From Fimbriosthenelais zetlandica (lineage: Eukaryota): DNA of 64,000 nucleotides. Positions 62,261-64,000 of this stretch are shown piece by piece (the first letter of the stretch is position 1; every line of letters starts with the position of its first letter). The position numbers and the translations under genes were made by a program. The notes below the pieces were generated by a model. The model saw only the letters and a program-made list of their open reading frames with translations. It ran no database searches and had not been told where the DNA came from. The stretch covers positions 26,598,001-26,662,000 of the forward strand of contig OZ365114.1 in assembly GCA_977030845.1 (NCBI GenBank), written 5' to 3'.

Positions 62261-63156
62261 TAAAGGGGTGGCTTCTTCATGCAGGGAGGCTGGTGAAAGA
62301 GATCTTGTCAGGAGAACACAGAATGCTGAATGCTCAATAGACATGGATCAAATCTAAGACGTATAGATATACATGAATGTACAATGATTTTCTTAACTGA
62401 GGATGATGGAGAAAAAGTTAGGATCATATTCAAAGCGAATGTATGGACACATCTACAAGAACGACAAAGGAATGAGGATATAATATATGCATGGAATCCA
62501 GTAACTGCTGGTCCTGAATAAAAAGTGTAGTCTCTCATTTGAACTGAGAATGATACAGAGAATAATGTAGGAGCAGGGTCAACCCGAATGTGTGGACACC
62601 TCAGTCTACAAGGATGACAAAGAAAGGAGGCTATCCCTGCACGGAAATGGAAGAATAATATTATGAGTACCCGACGAAGTGTGAAGGACATTGATTGGGT
62701 GGTGGAGGGATTGGGAGGTTGGGTCCGGTGTTTGGGTATGCTCGGTCAAGGCACCAAGAAGGCACCAAGATGACCGAGAGAAGGACACGGAATAACAAGC
62801 TCTGATGGCACACTTTAGCTGTCACTTTCTGGGTTTGTTTTCTGGGTTAGCTTATTTGACTATAGGGTAAATGATACCATAGTCGTTCTCATACACTGAA
62901 CTGTATCACAATTGACATCAGAAAAGACATGTTTGAGACCATATATGAAACTTTGAAGGCAAAAACACATTGAAAATTTAAAAACTTACAGATATCCTTT
63001 ACATCATGAGATGAAACATGTTGTCTGCTTGCCCAGATGGATTGATTGATCTGAAACAAATAAAGAGTATTTCAGAAAAGTGCGACCGTTTAATATCATA
63101 TTACTCTAAAGATATAAGTGACATGACAAATGGCAAAATGGCGTGTAAATGTCCTA

Positions 63157-63360
63157 TTATATAGTATCAAGCAGATCAGTGTTAGGCACCTGTTTACGTA
63201 AATCTGAATTGATTATTATTTTCTGCTGACCTGGCTTCTTTAAAGCCTGGATGATAGTTGTAATATGTATGTTGCATGTGGAAGGAACATCGCTTGGGGC
63301 GAGAACCTCGATTTGACCAGAAGCCATGACAGTGACAGAGACTAGATGTTGGTCCAGCAA
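63157..63360 (-). mobile_element. Possible L2-like RT N-terminal relic
   Basis: VMASGQ...PS...IIQALKKPG resembles N.SL.SG..P...K.A.+.PLLKKPG. Confidence 0.35.
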
Positions 63361-63663
63361 TGGTCATTGATAGAATTAGATCCAGTAAATCAGCTGGCAG
63401 ATTGTCCAGTCATTCTCTCATAGAGAACATCACTAACAAAGTGCATGCATGTACTGGGGCAGTGAGAATATAGGTGAATGTTGGAAGAGTTTGTTGCTTT
63501 GTTTTCTCGCAGTTTTGTTGCTTTTTAAAACACTTTATTTAACGAATCCTGCCATGCGGCGTCTTAGATGTCAACAGTTACAACGGGTACTGAAGGAGCT
63601 GAGAAGGGAAAGACAAATTATATGTTTCTCGGGGCCAAATCTGTAGCAATGTTTGTTTTTTAC

Positions 63664-63720
63664 AAGAGAAACTACACATATATATATAGAGAGAGAGAAA
63701 CTACTTTTGTGTATATATAG
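63664..63720. repeat. (TA)n(GA)n compound microsatellite
   Basis: CATATATATATAGAGAGAGAGAAA, flanked by duplicated GAGAAA(A)CTAC. Confidence 0.85.
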
Positions 63721-64000
63721 ATCTCCAAATGGAGAGGCCTTCGTGAACAATAAGTATTATCCAATATTTGAGGAGATGTAGCTTCAAAGCAAGAGGAGAT
63801 GCTTAGAGAAAGCACAGTGAATCTTCAAGTCCAGATCTATGTCTCATACTGTAATGCGTTTCTTCAAACAAGGAAGAGAGACTCATACAGAAGTAAGGAC
63901 TATTTTATGAATGAAAAATAGTGGAGAAGTGAGGGAGCAATCTGTGGCCATTCAGGACTGGGGCAATTAGTCATTCCAAAAGCAGGCCGCCAACAAAGGA

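Noticed and set aside
1-64000. CRISPR array, operon or other prokaryotic system
   Set aside because: There is no series of identical repeats with unique spacers, no dense long ORFs and no rRNA. The tandem repeats have only two diverged units.

Overview
This looks like eukaryotic, almost entirely non-coding DNA (roughly 40% GC by eye, CpG-poor, not computed). I could not recognise any intact protein-coding gene, rRNA, canonical tRNA, CRISPR array or prokaryotic operon. None of the supplied ORFs (maximum 196 aa) resembles a complete known protein. The window is a dense mosaic of short, heavily decayed transposon relics on both strands. These are LINE reverse-transcriptase fragments (RTE-, CR1/L2-, R2- and R1-like motifs), a Penelope-like RT fragment, and hAT- and ISL2EU/Harbinger-like transposase fragments. 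There is also a MetaSINE-like tRNA-derived SINE and at least five copies of a tiny 55-70 bp Harbinger-type MITE. The MetaSINE-like element, CTCF-like motifs and TACATGTA-rich spacers point to an invertebrate bilaterian. Several 45-67 nt GT...CTRAC...AG segments look like fungal-type short introns and do not fit that picture neatly. The best structural oddities are a tandem 141-bp unit that can fold into a T-shaped hairpin, an array of head-to-head and tail-to-tail telomeric palindromes, and a near-perfect 69-bp palindrome. I cannot support a complete new biological system from this window. All family assignments are by-eye motif matches to recalled consensus sequences and need HMM/BLAST confirmation.
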